Shown: positions 9,477-20,178 of the stretch, one piece after another
Position numbering within the stretch: the stretch's first letter is position 1
Layout of the letters: every line of letters starts with the position of its first letter
Virus record (IMG/VR): IMGVR_UViG_3300027668_002455
Span: 96,001-160,000 of that record
DNA length: 64,000 bases
Origin: a virus
Reading direction: 5' to 3' (one strand)
Translations under genes and position numbers: made by a program
The notes under the pieces: generated by a model
The model's database searches: none
What the model saw: only the letters and a program-made list of their open reading frames with translations
What the model was told of the DNA's origin: nothing

Positions 9477-12400
9477 TTAAGAAGCCCCCGTTATACAAAT
9501 ACCTGAATCATACATTAATTCTATGCTTACTGACCCAAAATTTCTAAGTTCTTCACAAGGATAAATTTTAAAAAGCTGAACTTGGCTTCCCACGTCGATA
9601 TATCCTCCATCACCTGTGTAAACGCTGTTAAAGTGCCAGCCGGTTATAGTTTCAGTCGTTTGAGTCATGGCATTGGGGTCATGACTAGGTATCACAGTTG
9701 TTTGGGGAATAAATACGCCGCTATCCATATGACACTCGGCACTTGCATCGGAGTCAGCAATAAATTTAATCCCTGTAACATTGAGTGCATTTCGACCACT
9801 AATATGTAACTGCACACCCCCGTCGCCTCGAGTTGGGGTAACCCCTATCATAACTGGAATTCTACCCGATATTGTAGTTTGGTCTCCTGTAATTTTACTT
9901 ACATTTTGAAGAGCATACGTTTCGCGAAGCTGGATGAAATCCTGTCTTAATAAATCTATATCCACACCAGACTCACTATTGTAGTCGTCAAAGGTATATC
10001 CCAATTCATTATTAAATATTTCATGACGTGAAATTAAGAACGGATTACCGGTGCCTACCACCTGATCATTAAACGTTCCTGTGATAACTGTATATCCAGT
10101 CACATAACCTGCGCTTGCGTCAATGTGAGTTTTATCAAGTTCAAATTTACCAAAGTAAAAATACTTACTATAATTACCACTATTGTGTCTATCTATACCT
10201 ATTTCACTTATGGGCGGATAGGTATTATTTCTCATTGCGTGTGAATCACCAGTGTTCGCTACAAATTCTACCACTCCGTCTCCCGCAGTATAAGGTTGTA
10301 AACTATTCCCCGTAAACCCTAATAATGGAACTAGGTGAGAGGCATTAATTCCAGTTATCCTAAATTGACAGCCAACTTGAGTTTTAACAGTTTCAATACC
10401 AGAAATTGTTGGCATGGGGGTAAATTCCATTGGGGCTTTTATGGGTTGATCTGTATCATTCCATCCACTTATAATTGGTTTTCCCTTTACTAATTCATGA
10501 GGAACCTTTGCCTCAATACCTGTATTATCTATGTAAGTTATATCCATTCCTGATACGTAACGGGTTTGAACATAAGAACTACTCGATATGTCTTCACCTT
10601 GGTAAGCGGGGAACAGAACTATATCAACATCTGGTTCAAAGTTATTACCGGAGAAACTTACGGTTTCACCATAAACTCCAGTAAGAGGAATAAAGCTTCG
10701 AATACCACTAGTCAATATATTCAAGAGCCCTGTTGACATTTGCATTCCTGTTTGAGAAAATAACTGGATAGGGGTATAGGGTGCGCCGCTACTAGGAATA
10801 GAAAAGTTTATTCCCGTTGTGCCTACCCCTGTAAATGGAAGCAGCACCCTATCCTCAGAAAATCCTGAAAGATATAATTTTTGTGCAAGATCTAAAGATT
10901 GGCCATAAACCGAAACCACTTCGTTTGGATACCCAGAAATAGGTGTAAAACGAATGATCTTCATTTGTGGGGCTTCAATTTCAAAAGTACACCCCGTAAC
11001 TGGTGCAAAACCAGTTCCCACGATTGTAATGGGTCCGCTTACTGATTCTGCAGGGACAGTCACGTGTAGTGAAGTTTGATCAGACCTGAACCAGTCTTCT
11101 GCTGGGGTTCTATTGTCACCTACTAATACTCCAGTTATATCGAAGAAATACAACCCCTCTACAGTTAGGCTGTCTCCCCATGCTAATATCTTGCCTCCAG
11201 TGGGACAGCAATGAGAGTCAAAGAAGTAATGGGCATAATGAGGACCGTCTGCATGACACACAAGTTCATTTCGATGATGACAGGATACGAACGGGCGCGG
11301 TGCAACAAATACGCCGGTATATTTTGCATATCCAGTTTCTAGATTGAAACCATCCATTAGACCCTCATAACCAATAGCATCAAGTGAACCACCACCCAGA
11401 GTTAAGGGGCCGCTTTGAATATCAAGGCCGCTCCCGAGAGTAACACCAGCTATCCCTGTCGAGACATACGCTGACGTGCTATACTCTAGAGCTATACCAC
11501 TATAATTAATCATCCCCGCAAAATATCCATTAACATAAGCTTTGACATCTCTATCCTGCCTTGTGAAAGCTACGTGATTCCAATCGCCAGAGTTCCAATA
11601 CCCAAAATATGACCCTGAACTTTGAGTAGAGTTAGTTGTAAAGGCAAATAGTCTATCAGTGGGAATGCCGGGACTAAACTCACCACTACTCCCAGTGGTA
11701 TAATCTGGCCTTAGTCCGGTTATTCTACCCCCGTTAAAAAGATCTATACCAAGTGCTTGTTCGCCGTCGCCGCCTGAAAGGAAGAAGTTAAAGCCACTAC
11801 CTGTTGTTCCGAAGCTTAAAAGAGTTTGTCGTTTAATTCCGTTATCAACTGGGGCTCCGGTTAGAGTGGTAGAATAGGCCGTGCCGCTCGGTTTAATCCA
11901 CATCTCTGCGGTAAAGTCTTCAACTCCCAATGTTATATTTTGAGCAACAAGGGTATTTGCGCGGTTATAAGTCCTACTGCCAGTAGGAAATCTTAGGGCG
12001 TAAGTTCCAAACTTTCCTTCTCCAGTAGCAAATTCAATATTATTTGCAGGAGAACTCACCGAAGTAGTTGTAAACACGCGGGCGTATTGACTATCTCCCG
12101 TTATACCGTCAGCAATTATATTGCTCGGATCGCTCGGGATTTCAAAATTTAACATGGCATCCGTATAAACACCGCTGGTGATGGCACTTGCCGGCTTTGT
12201 GTATTTCCCATTATAGGGGGAAAATACTGCTCTTTTTGTTACATTGATTTCATCAATATACACTCTTTCACCAAGATCACTATTTAGCCAACCACTGTCG
12301 TAAGTTCCCGTTTTGGGAAGACTAGTATACTTTGATCCGCTTGAAATTATAAATTGGTCAACCTGCCCATGATAACTAACCAGTGGGCACTCCTTGAAGA

Positions 12401-15400
12401 TCAGTTGTTTAATAAACACTTCGTTGCCGTAGCCGGGGTTCATGTGGGACCCACCGAAACCCCCAGCTATCTTATCTATCGACGCGGCCACTTCACCGAT
12501 ATCAGGTTGCCCGTGCACCGTATTTCCCCACTGCGGACAGTAAAAATTAATCTTATCACCCTTGGTGACCCCTGTAATTATAGATGTTATAATTTGTTCT
12601 ACAAAACACGCGTTGGTGCCGTAAGCGGACCTGTTTTTTTCATCTACTCTGTGTGAAAAATTAGGAATTCCATAATCTGCCTCTGTTCCCAGTGCTCCGT
12701 GCTTATAGGTGTGGTGCGCGGCACCAGCGGCGCGGTTCATCCGAAAGCCGATTGGGAAGCTCTGTGCGTTTTCATATGTTCCCGTGGTGCCAGTTGAGCC
12801 ATATCTATTATAGATCCAGTTGGTGGTAATATTTGAGACCTGCCCTATCCACGGATACACGGGCTGCCTCTGATGTGTGGTGTGCATCTGATTGCCGCCC
12901 CATCTTGCGACTACCGTCGCCTGACACTCAACTGCAGCACCCTCTTGGACGGTGTACTCGTAACCTCCCGAGGTTGTGTCCATAAAACTGTTAGAAAAAC
13001 TGGAGGTGATGTTCTCCCGCTCCGGGGATAAAAAGTTTATATCAACCAGACCACTTGTAGTGGAATATCTTGGGAAGAACTTACAAGGCTGTGACTCCCA
13101 CAAGAGCCCTGTGTCATCTACTTTATGATAAGATAGGTGGCCCGAGACACCGCCCCCTAAAAACACCTGTTGACCCGTTGCGTCTATCACTGGCATACCA
13201 GTGTAAATATTCCTAGTGTTATGGTTTGCAGCAAAATCTTCAGTTTGCAAAGCACCTGCTGGCTCCCCATTAATATAAGTAAAGAAGTCAGTATTTTCGC
13301 GACACAGTGCAACGTGGTTCCATTCCCCCTTTTTAAAATGAACATCGTTATAAGGCGGTATTAAGTCAAACGAAAGATTCGGATTTTCGTAATCAAAACA
13401 CAGCCTAAATCTATTAGTATAATTATTTAATATAAAAGCTAAGCCATTTCCAGTAGCAAAATTATTATTACTCTGACCAAGTACCCATAGTGTTTGCATG
13501 CCGTTGCCCCCAACTCCGAGACCTTGAGTCGCGCCACTTGGCTTCATCCAGCACTCTACAGTGAAATCACCAGTTCCATAATTAAAATTACTTCCCGTGG
13601 TTTGTATATAGTCTATACCTGTTACCAGTAGACTTTGGGAACCACATTTTGGATTATCATTTACAAAAAGTGGAAAACCACCAGTGGTTATTGTTTGAGA
13701 GTATTTACCGCTATCTACAAAATTACCTTCTAATCCAAGTTGTAAATCAGTTCTAATGAGTCTGCCGGGAACATCTGGGGAGCCAGTAATGCTCGGAGAA
13801 AAACACTGATTATATCCAGTATTAAATGAATCAAAGTTTCCTGTGCAAAGACCACCGAAATAAAATTTTGTTCTTCCTTGTGGAAGATGCGGATCAATAA
13901 GCCCTGTTGGAATTATGTCTCCATATCTACAGCCATTATAATGAAAGCTATAACCCGTTACATCTTTAACGACAGCACAGTGATTGTATCCGCTTTGTGG
14001 AAACCACCCTGTCCATAAGTATTTACTTTCCAACTGTATGCCTGAGAGATTTACGTATGGCTTAATAGTGTTAGTAATTCCTGCAGTGCCGCTTTCACGG
14101 GTATACCCAACGTGGAAAAATGAATTTCCACTTACCCCCGTGTATTCACCGCTAAACCCAAAGAGTGCAATATCTTTACTGTGGTAAGGGTTGTGTTCTA
14201 AACCCGTGTGATCAATTGCAGGATTTATCCAAAACTCTACAGACCACGAATCTTCCTTGCTTAGATCTAACCCCGATGAAGCCTCGGTTTGTAAATAGCC
14301 GCCTCGGAACCTAAGGCTCCCACTACTATTTACTTCAAAGTTTTGTTCTCCACCTGTAGGGAAAAATGCTCCCGTAGCTTCGGATTCAATCCCAGAAAAA
14401 CCATAAAAAATAGCATTTAAAGCAGTTTGCGGATTCCAAATATTATGAGGAACCTCTGTAAATTCATAGACTACACCGCTCGAAACAATGTTTTGATCAT
14501 ACAGAGTATATCCGGTAGAGCCAGTATATAAAGCATGCCCATAACACTGATTAGCGTCACAAGATGTTAGTTCTGGGTCTGGCAATATATAAAAACCACT
14601 TATGCCCTGTTCCGTTGTAACCCCACTAAACGTTTGCACCGGAGGTTGGTCACACCCATCAGGGAAACTGGCGTGTCCTTCGATACAATGGTTTGGAACA
14701 CCGCATGTTCCCTCTTCGGGGGGAAGAAATATTGGGCCCCTCGGCGCGGGCGGCTGGCCCGGTTTCGGCGATCCTTGCGTCCCGATTGGTTGGCCATTCC
14801 ACGGGCCATTTACGGGGGGAAGTAAAATTGGCCCAGTCTTAGGATACCCAAATGATGTGACAGAGGGTATCCTCACGGTTATAAAAGGCGGCGAGGAGGG
14901 GTTTAGGCCGGGGTTTCCAAGGCCCACGGGGAGTTGCTGTTGATAAGACTCTGGCGGCCAGCACAACGGAAACTGTACGGGTGCACTAATTACTCCAGTT
15001 CCATTAGATCCACCAACCGTTGTAGTTGTAAAGGGGTTTTGTGCGGTTGAACAGGACACTATTCTACCGCCCATCAAGATCCGACCTCCAACTGTGGGGT
15101 CCTGTGTAAGCCCCTCTGGACCCGCTGAACCCACACGTGGAACAGTCATTGATTCGCCGGGTCTAAAAAGTACACTCCCTAGACTCCGTGAACCACCCCG
15201 AGAAACGCCCTCTGCACTCACCGTGCTGCCGGGGTTTTGGGGCTCTGGCTGGTTATTTCTTGGTAGTGGTGGCTGCAGTCCCGGCGACTCATGAGTACCC
15301 GGAAAATTAGGGTCAATTGTCTGAATCGCAGGACCACCTCCCGGTGGGGGGTAACTAGAATGAGTGCCCGGTCTGCTACCACCGCAGTTGGAAGTGTTGC

Positions 15401-18158
15401 TGGTCCCCCTTGGATTAGCCGTCTGCGTGCGTATCGAAAAAGCTTGTGCATTAGTACGCTCAAGTGGTGGATTTGGTACGGACGACTGTCTTTGCATGGT
15501 ATTCGGGCGAGGCTCAACCTGCGGAGCTAGAGAGATACGCCTATAACCAAGTGGAGCATTTTCTACCTCGGTTCTGCTACGCGCATATCTAGGCGCACCG
15601 TTTTCCCAAATTGTCGCCTGTGTCCAAAGCCCCCCCATAGAATACCATTTTATCGCATCGAAGATACCGATACTCCCACGGAGATTAACGCGGTTGCCCG
15701 CGTTATTCCTATAAGGTCGCTGAACTGAAGATATTCTGTGTTCTCCAAGAGTGCTAGATGTTATGGGTACTGAGGGGATAGTCGAGCATATCTGCGGTCC
15801 CTGCGATGGGGGATAGGGCCACGTACCGGGCATTTCCCGCACCACTGATTGTTGACCATATAAATTAGTTTGCTCGGAGTTAACTAGTGGCCCAAACGCG
15901 GGCGGCGTTGGAACAGGTTTCTCACTAGACTCTGACTCCCACGGGGGAGGAGATTCCCCACCGGGACCCGGAGGTTGATTACCACCACCGCCCCCTTGAT
16001 CATCACAGTCTTGAGAGTAAGGGTCACAGGGCGGAACCGGTTCGGCGTACGGGGGTTCGTTGGGCGGGTTTCCCGTCGGACAAATCGGTGGCTGTGGAGG
16101 GCCACCCGGCGATGTTGGTGGATGACCAGCGGAAGCTGCCGCCATTTGTACACACGGGTTATTATCATATCTTCCAGAAGCTGCCGTTCTATCAATATTG
16201 TTAAAATTAGTATTTCCAGCCAGCCCCGATGATAACACTTGCGTGGTAAGAAAACAATTAATCAGATCAGGTTGAAAATTAGGAGAATTGACATCCAAAT
16301 ATTCCCAGTGACCGCTAAAATAAAACAAGAACGCCTGCTCACAACCACTTAGGTAGTAAAGCGGAGAATCCCCCCTATCCTTCTTCGCTTGATAATCTTC
16401 CATGCAGGTTTGAACATTAGGGCCTGCTGTTGGATACCAAACACTTATAGGTGCAGGGTCGATCCCTGTGATTTCACACCCCGAAATTCCGCTCATGTAC
16501 CAATTCTGCACCGCGCTATTAACTGGGCGATAACCTAAATTACTTGAAACATTCGGCATCATCATTGAGTCAGATGAACCCTCATTGACAAGTACCCCGC
16601 TACTGTATGTAACCCCCGTCATTATGCCGCTCTCTAGAAGGCCAGTTATAGGGATATTAATATACCCACTTGGTCGTACCACAATACCCGAAATATAACC
16701 TGTAATTACGCCCGTGCCTGAAGCTAATCCGGTTACTACATAACCACTAAACCCCGTATCTAAAACAGTATTGAAACCAGTAACACCGCTTATTGCACCG
16801 CTGATCCCACTTGATAAATATCCGGTCTGGGTCATCATTCGCGGCTCGGACCCCACAGAAAAAACCTGTTCGGAACAGTTGCCCCAACACCCTGTGGTCT
16901 TATATACTCCAGAGTCATAGTTGCCTGTCTCTAAAAGATAGTGGGGCCAGAGACCTATACTATTATTTGTGACACCCGCTTGCATGCGTGTTGTCTCTGG
17001 GGCAAAAGGAGAAACATAATATTTATTATCAGAAATATAATAACCTGTTAATTCTCCATCAATATTTTCATTTTGTTTAATTCTAATGGGCCCAGTTCTA
17101 GCTGTGGCAGGGGTGTATCCTGTTAAGGCAAAAATCTCTGCGCCCGACTTAGGAAGAAACAGTCCAGTTGCTCCCTCTCCAGCAAACGCTACTAGATAAC
17201 CAGCTTCATCATCATAAGTTCCAGTAGTATTTAAAAATTGTCCCTGTGTCCAGTGCATCAATTCGGGTAAAAAATACCTACCCGATATCGTCATTGCTCT
17301 TCCTGAAAAACCTATACCATTGTTACAATCATCCTCTGGAAACCAAGTGCATCCAGTAATTTTTATACTCGGTTTAATTTTTCCTACAGAAGGTTGGCTT
17401 TTTAAATTTCCGCTTGAAAGAATCTGAACGTGACCGTAAAAATTTCCAGATGGTAACGTAAAACTAATTCCTGTATTATTAATTTTTTCAAAGGGTAGAT
17501 AAACAGTAACATCGCCCGTAGTATTAGCATAAACACCCGTTACAGATTGATATATAAAAATATTATTAGTGTTGTCTCCTGTAAATCCAACCCCAGTTAC
17601 CCCCGTCGGTTCTTGCCAATAACCTGATTCATTTTGAGTAAAACCAGTGGTACTCAATAAGGCTAAACCGCTAGCAGATAAAAGGCCATCTCCCACTACA
17701 TAAGCTGTGTCCCCCGATATACCTGAAAGTGGACTCAGATAATTAATCATCGGTATAGCAGTGAAACGTTCTCCACTAATTCCGGAGGCATACCCAGTAA
17801 CGTTTCTGGATGTAGAGATTACCGTGATGGGGGCCGGATAACCATATTTAACCCATTGATCTTTTGGCTGTAATCCGGTTATGGTGTCAATAGAGGGAAC
17901 GGTAAATTGTATTGTATTTTTGTTTACAACTTCATACTCAGCCGAAGTTCCACTTACTAGAATATTTAATCCACCATAGACAGCATTCCCAGTTGGGTCA
18001 CCCGAAGCTCCCGAAGCTAGTCCAGTAGGTGCCCATCCTGTTATGCCACTAGTATAAACTCCGCCAACCCTAACATCATTAATCTTAAAGAATTTACTAC
18101 CCGAGCCAGAGATTGTAACTTGGCTTTTGAGATTTCCAGTTGGAGGAAGAATTACCAT
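9477..18158 (-). CDS. Giant virion adhesin/fibre (2893 aa): IPT/TIG repeats, three LamG domains, Pro-rich insert
   Basis: IPT repeats (FTPISGYPNEVVSVYG, FIPLTGVYGETVSFSG). LamG motifs WSVEFWINP, FTVECWMKP/WNHVALCR, FTAEMWIKP/WNHVAFTR. Confidence 0.75.
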   Translation of the reverse strand: MVILPPTGNLKSQVTISGSGSKFFKINDVRVGGVYTSGITGWAPTGLASGASGDPTGNAVYGGLNILVSGTSAEYEVVNKNTIQFTVPSIDTITGLQPKDQWVKYGYPAPITVISTSRNVTGYASGISGERFTAIPMINYLSPLSGISGDTAYVVGDGLLSASGLALLSTTGFTQNESGYWQEPTGVTGVGFTGDNTNNIFIYQSVTGVYANTTGDVTVYLPFEKINNTGISFTLPSGNFYGHVQILSSGNLKSQPSVGKIKPSIKITGCTWFPEDDCNNGIGFSGRAMTISGRYFLPELMHWTQGQFLNTTGTYDDEAGYLVAFAGEGATGLFLPKSGAEIFALTGYTPATARTGPIRIKQNENIDGELTGYYISDNKYYVSPFAPETTRMQAGVTNNSIGLWPHYLLETGNYDSGVYKTTGCWGNCSEQVFSVGSEPRMMTQTGYLSSGISGAISGVTGFNTVLDTGFSGYVVTGLASGTGVITGYISGIVVRPSGYINIPITGLLESGIMTGVTYSSGVLVNEGSSDSMMMPNVSSNLGYRPVNSAVQNWYMSGISGCEITGIDPAPISVWYPTAGPNVQTCMEDYQAKKDRGDSPLYYLSGCEQAFLFYFSGHWEYLDVNSPNFQPDLINCFLTTQVLSSGLAGNTNFNNIDRTAASGRYDNNPCVQMAAASAGHPPTSPGGPPQPPICPTGNPPNEPPYAEPVPPCDPYSQDCDDQGGGGGNQPPGPGGESPPPWESESSEKPVPTPPAFGPLVNSEQTNLYGQQSVVREMPGTWPYPPSQGPQICSTIPSVPITSSTLGEHRISSVQRPYRNNAGNRVNLRGSIGIFDAIKWYSMGGLWTQATIWENGAPRYARSRTEVENAPLGYRRISLAPQVEPRPNTMQRQSSVPNPPLERTNAQAFSIRTQTANPRGTSNTSNCGGSRPGTHSSYPPPGGGPAIQTIDPNFPGTHESPGLQPPLPRNNQPEPQNPGSTVSAEGVSRGGSRSLGSVLFRPGESMTVPRVGSAGPEGLTQDPTVGGRILMGGRIVSCSTAQNPFTTTTVGGSNGTGVISAPVQFPLCWPPESYQQQLPVGLGNPGLNPSSPPFITVRIPSVTSFGYPKTGPILLPPVNGPWNGQPIGTQGSPKPGQPPAPRGPIFLPPEEGTCGVPNHCIEGHASFPDGCDQPPVQTFSGVTTEQGISGFYILPDPELTSCDANQCYGHALYTGSTGYTLYDQNIVSSGVVYEFTEVPHNIWNPQTALNAIFYGFSGIESEATGAFFPTGGEQNFEVNSSGSLRFRGGYLQTEASSGLDLSKEDSWSVEFWINPAIDHTGLEHNPYHSKDIALFGFSGEYTGVSGNSFFHVGYTRESGTAGITNTIKPYVNLSGIQLESKYLWTGWFPQSGYNHCAVVKDVTGYSFHYNGCRYGDIIPTGLIDPHLPQGRTKFYFGGLCTGNFDSFNTGYNQCFSPSITGSPDVPGRLIRTDLQLGLEGNFVDSGKYSQTITTGGFPLFVNDNPKCGSQSLLVTGIDYIQTTGSNFNYGTGDFTVECWMKPSGATQGLGVGGNGMQTLWVLGQSNNNFATGNGLAFILNNYTNRFRLCFDYENPNLSFDLIPPYNDVHFKKGEWNHVALCRENTDFFTYINGEPAGALQTEDFAANHNTRNIYTGMPVIDATGQQVFLGGGVSGHLSYHKVDDTGLLWESQPCKFFPRYSTTSGLVDINFLSPERENITSSFSNSFMDTTSGGYEYTVQEGAAVECQATVVARWGGNQMHTTHQRQPVYPWIGQVSNITTNWIYNRYGSTGTTGTYENAQSFPIGFRMNRAAGAAHHTYKHGALGTEADYGIPNFSHRVDEKNRSAYGTNACFVEQIITSIITGVTKGDKINFYCPQWGNTVHGQPDIGEVAASIDKIAGGFGGSHMNPGYGNEVFIKQLIFKECPLVSYHGQVDQFIISSGSKYTSLPKTGTYDSGWLNSDLGERVYIDEINVTKRAVFSPYNGKYTKPASAITSGVYTDAMLNFEIPSDPSNIIADGITGDSQYARVFTTTSVSSPANNIEFATGEGKFGTYALRFPTGSRTYNRANTLVAQNITLGVEDFTAEMWIKPSGTAYSTTLTGAPVDNGIKRQTLLSFGTTGSGFNFFLSGGDGEQALGIDLFNGGRITGLRPDYTTGSSGEFSPGIPTDRLFAFTTNSTQSSGSYFGYWNSGDWNHVAFTRQDRDVKAYVNGYFAGMINYSGIALEYSTSAYVSTGIAGVTLGSGLDIQSGPLTLGGGSLDAIGYEGLMDGFNLETGYAKYTGVFVAPRPFVSCHHRNELVCHADGPHYAHYFFDSHCCPTGGKILAWGDSLTVEGLYFFDITGVLVGDNRTPAEDWFRSDQTSLHVTVPAESVSGPITIVGTGFAPVTGCTFEIEAPQMKIIRFTPISGYPNEVVSVYGQSLDLAQKLYLSGFSEDRVLLPFTGVGTTGINFSIPSSGAPYTPIQLFSQTGMQMSTGLLNILTSGIRSFIPLTGVYGETVSFSGNNFEPDVDIVLFPAYQGEDISSSSYVQTRYVSGMDITYIDNTGIEAKVPHELVKGKPIISGWNDTDQPIKAPMEFTPMPTISGIETVKTQVGCQFRITGINASHLVPLLGFTGNSLQPYTAGDGVVEFVANTGDSHAMRNNTYPPISEIGIDRHNSGNYSKYFYFGKFELDKTHIDASAGYVTGYTVITGTFNDQVVGTGNPFLISRHEIFNNELGYTFDDYNSESGVDIDLLRQDFIQLRETYALQNVSKITGDQTTISGRIPVMIGVTPTRGDGGVQLHISGRNALNVTGIKFIADSDASAECHMDSGVFIPQTTVIPSHDPNAMTQTTETITGWHFNSVYTGDGGYIDVGSQVQLFKIYPCEELRNFGSVSIELMYDSGICITGAS

Positions 18159-18161
18159 TTT

Positions 18162-19319
18162 TTAGAATCCTCCATCTTGTACTGTGAATATGCCGGGCAT
18201 GCCGTCTCCGTAGTTTGTGGCGGCTCCCAATTTTGCATCACCACCGGGGGACTTTAAGCCCACTCGACAGGTAATGGCCTCATCCGGTATGGTCGTAACA
18301 ATTGTGGTTGGGGTATGTGTCGTAAAGTGAGTGTACTCTCTTTTTTCATCTCCGAAAGTTACTTCTGTTACATTTTCTAAAGCGGCTCCTGAAATAGTTA
18401 TAGTTGCCCCCACTACTCCAGCAGTCGGAGTAAAGGAAGTAATTGCCGGGGCATTCTGATATTTTTCTTGGCTTAATGAAAGGGTGGTGGTAATTTTTTC
18501 ACCTGCTGTTACATTTATGTTATGTGCTTTTAAGGCTCCTCGGATTTTATAAGACTGCCCCGTAATGCCATTTGAATTACTAAAACCAACAAGCAATTCT
18601 CCCTCGGCTATTCCACTAAAAAATTTATCATTTAAATAATTTTGTTGCTCTGTATCACTAGTGAAGTCACCTACCCCTTCGTCCCACGAAGGTAAGGCAT
18701 AGCCATTGATGCTGGCGTCAATAGTTTTCTTATTAAATCGCAACTCTCTAGGTACTGCGTCTCCGACTGTATAAACTGGTTGCACATTACTTGAGAAAGA
18801 AAAAGAAACACTAGTGGAAGCTTTGACCTGTTCGGTTTCTCCATCCTCGTGAGGGGTTACTCCGGAGATTTGTGTTAATTTACAATCGGTGTAAGTTAAG
18901 ATATCTGCGTCTAGAGTTTCTCGAGTGGGGGCAAACCTCCCCCTAAGGCCTCCATAAAAAGCAATAGTAGCACTAATCATAGCAGGGCCAAATGGAGGGA
19001 CCTCAAAAGAGTAGCTATTTAGAACCCCGCTTGAAAAAGAAAGTCCAGCAAAATTTCCAGATATGAGATTATCAGACTCCATGAAGTTGGCCAGAAAATC
19101 TTCCCCTGTTAGATAATAACTTAAGGAAAGGTTTCCGTCGATTCCCCCTCCAGCTAGATAACCAAAGCTACTTCGATTAGGTAGGAGGTCAATTGCTTTT
19201 AGGTTATTAGTTAAAGAAATTGCTAAATTTTCGACATAGATTGGAACTGCTGCACCCCAAGACCCCCCGGCATAGCTCGCTAGCTCTAATTTGGCATTAT
19301 TATAATTATAATAAGACAT
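18162..19319 (-). CDS. Tail-tube-like protein (duplicated fold) with C-terminal IPT domain
   Basis: LSLSYYL, GVLNSYSFEV and SVSFSFSSNVQPVYTVG echo 45583..46773. C-terminal APAITSFTPTAGVVGATITISG is IPT-like. Confidence 0.55.
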   Translation of the reverse strand: MSYYNYNNAKLELASYAGGSWGAAVPIYVENLAISLTNNLKAIDLLPNRSSFGYLAGGGIDGNLSLSYYLTGEDFLANFMESDNLISGNFAGLSFSSGVLNSYSFEVPPFGPAMISATIAFYGGLRGRFAPTRETLDADILTYTDCKLTQISGVTPHEDGETEQVKASTSVSFSFSSNVQPVYTVGDAVPRELRFNKKTIDASINGYALPSWDEGVGDFTSDTEQQNYLNDKFFSGIAEGELLVGFSNSNGITGQSYKIRGALKAHNINVTAGEKITTTLSLSQEKYQNAPAITSFTPTAGVVGATITISGAALENVTEVTFGDEKREYTHFTTHTPTTIVTTIPDEAITCRVGLKSPGGDAKLGAATNYGDGMPGIFTVQDGGF

Positions 19320-19357
19320 TCTTCCTTTTAACCTTTTACCTTAATAAATTACACATT

Positions 19358-20140
19358 TTACACCAAAAGTTCTTCTTTTAAATTCTTATATTTCGTTAAC
19401 TCCTTTTTTTGCCGATCTACGTCCCAAGGTCTCGAAACTGTTCCATTTCTTACGTTATAGTAGCAAGCGATGACACTATCTACGGGTACCGTTTTAATTC
19501 CTGAAGACTTAAACTCATCCCATAAGAACATATCTTCGTGAGCATCCATTCCTTCATAAAATAACTGCCCATCATCTGGGATTATATCTGCATGCATTAA
19601 GGTGGTCCACGGGCCATATTTGCCTGTTTTTATGGAATCTGTAGCTTTTCTTAAATTTTTTTCACCGTTTTTACAGTGATACCAGCTTCCAACTAGGAAT
19701 CCCTCATTAAGCTCTCGGGCTATCTCGGGCAGAGCAAGGGCTCTTTCTTGGGTAAAAAAATCATCTGCATCTGCTAAAAATACAGCTGGATAATCTTCTT
19801 TATACCCTAAAGTCTTCTCAATTATTCTATTTTTGGCTCCCGCCACTGTTTGTGCCTTTTTAAATTTAAATAGATTAAATTCTTTTGCAGAGCTATATTG
19901 TGAAAAAAAATTAACTATTTTATAAGTATCATCATCACTTTCATCATCAGCAAAGTGCATGACCCAATCCAGATTTTTCATAGCATTCTCAATAGAATTA
20001 AGAACAATTGGCAACCAATCCGAGGCATTTCTCGCGGAAATCACTACTTGACAACCTCTTTTTTCCCATAAATTTTTATTTTTAATTTTCTGGGCTTTTT
20101 GTTGGAAAATTTTCTGCCTCTCTGCCACACTCCGGATCAT
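19358..20140 (-). CDS. GT2-family glycosyltransferase
   Basis: VVISARN, FADDESDD, AKNR, FLADADD (DxD), AHEDMFLW. Start moved to ATG 20140 (MIRSVAE). Confidence 0.88.
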   Translation of the reverse strand: MIRSVAERQKIFQQKAQKIKNKNLWEKRGCQVVISARNASDWLPIVLNSIENAMKNLDWVMHFADDESDDDTYKIVNFFSQYSSAKEFNLFKFKKAQTVAGAKNRIIEKTLGYKEDYPAVFLADADDFFTQERALALPEIARELNEGFLVGSWYHCKNGEKNLRKATDSIKTGKYGPWTTLMHADIIPDDGQLFYEGMDAHEDMFLWDEFKSSGIKTVPVDSVIACYYNVRNGTVSRPWDVDRQKKELTKYKNLKEELLV

Positions 20141-20178
20141 TATTATAATAATAATTTTTCGAAAAATGACTAGAAAAA

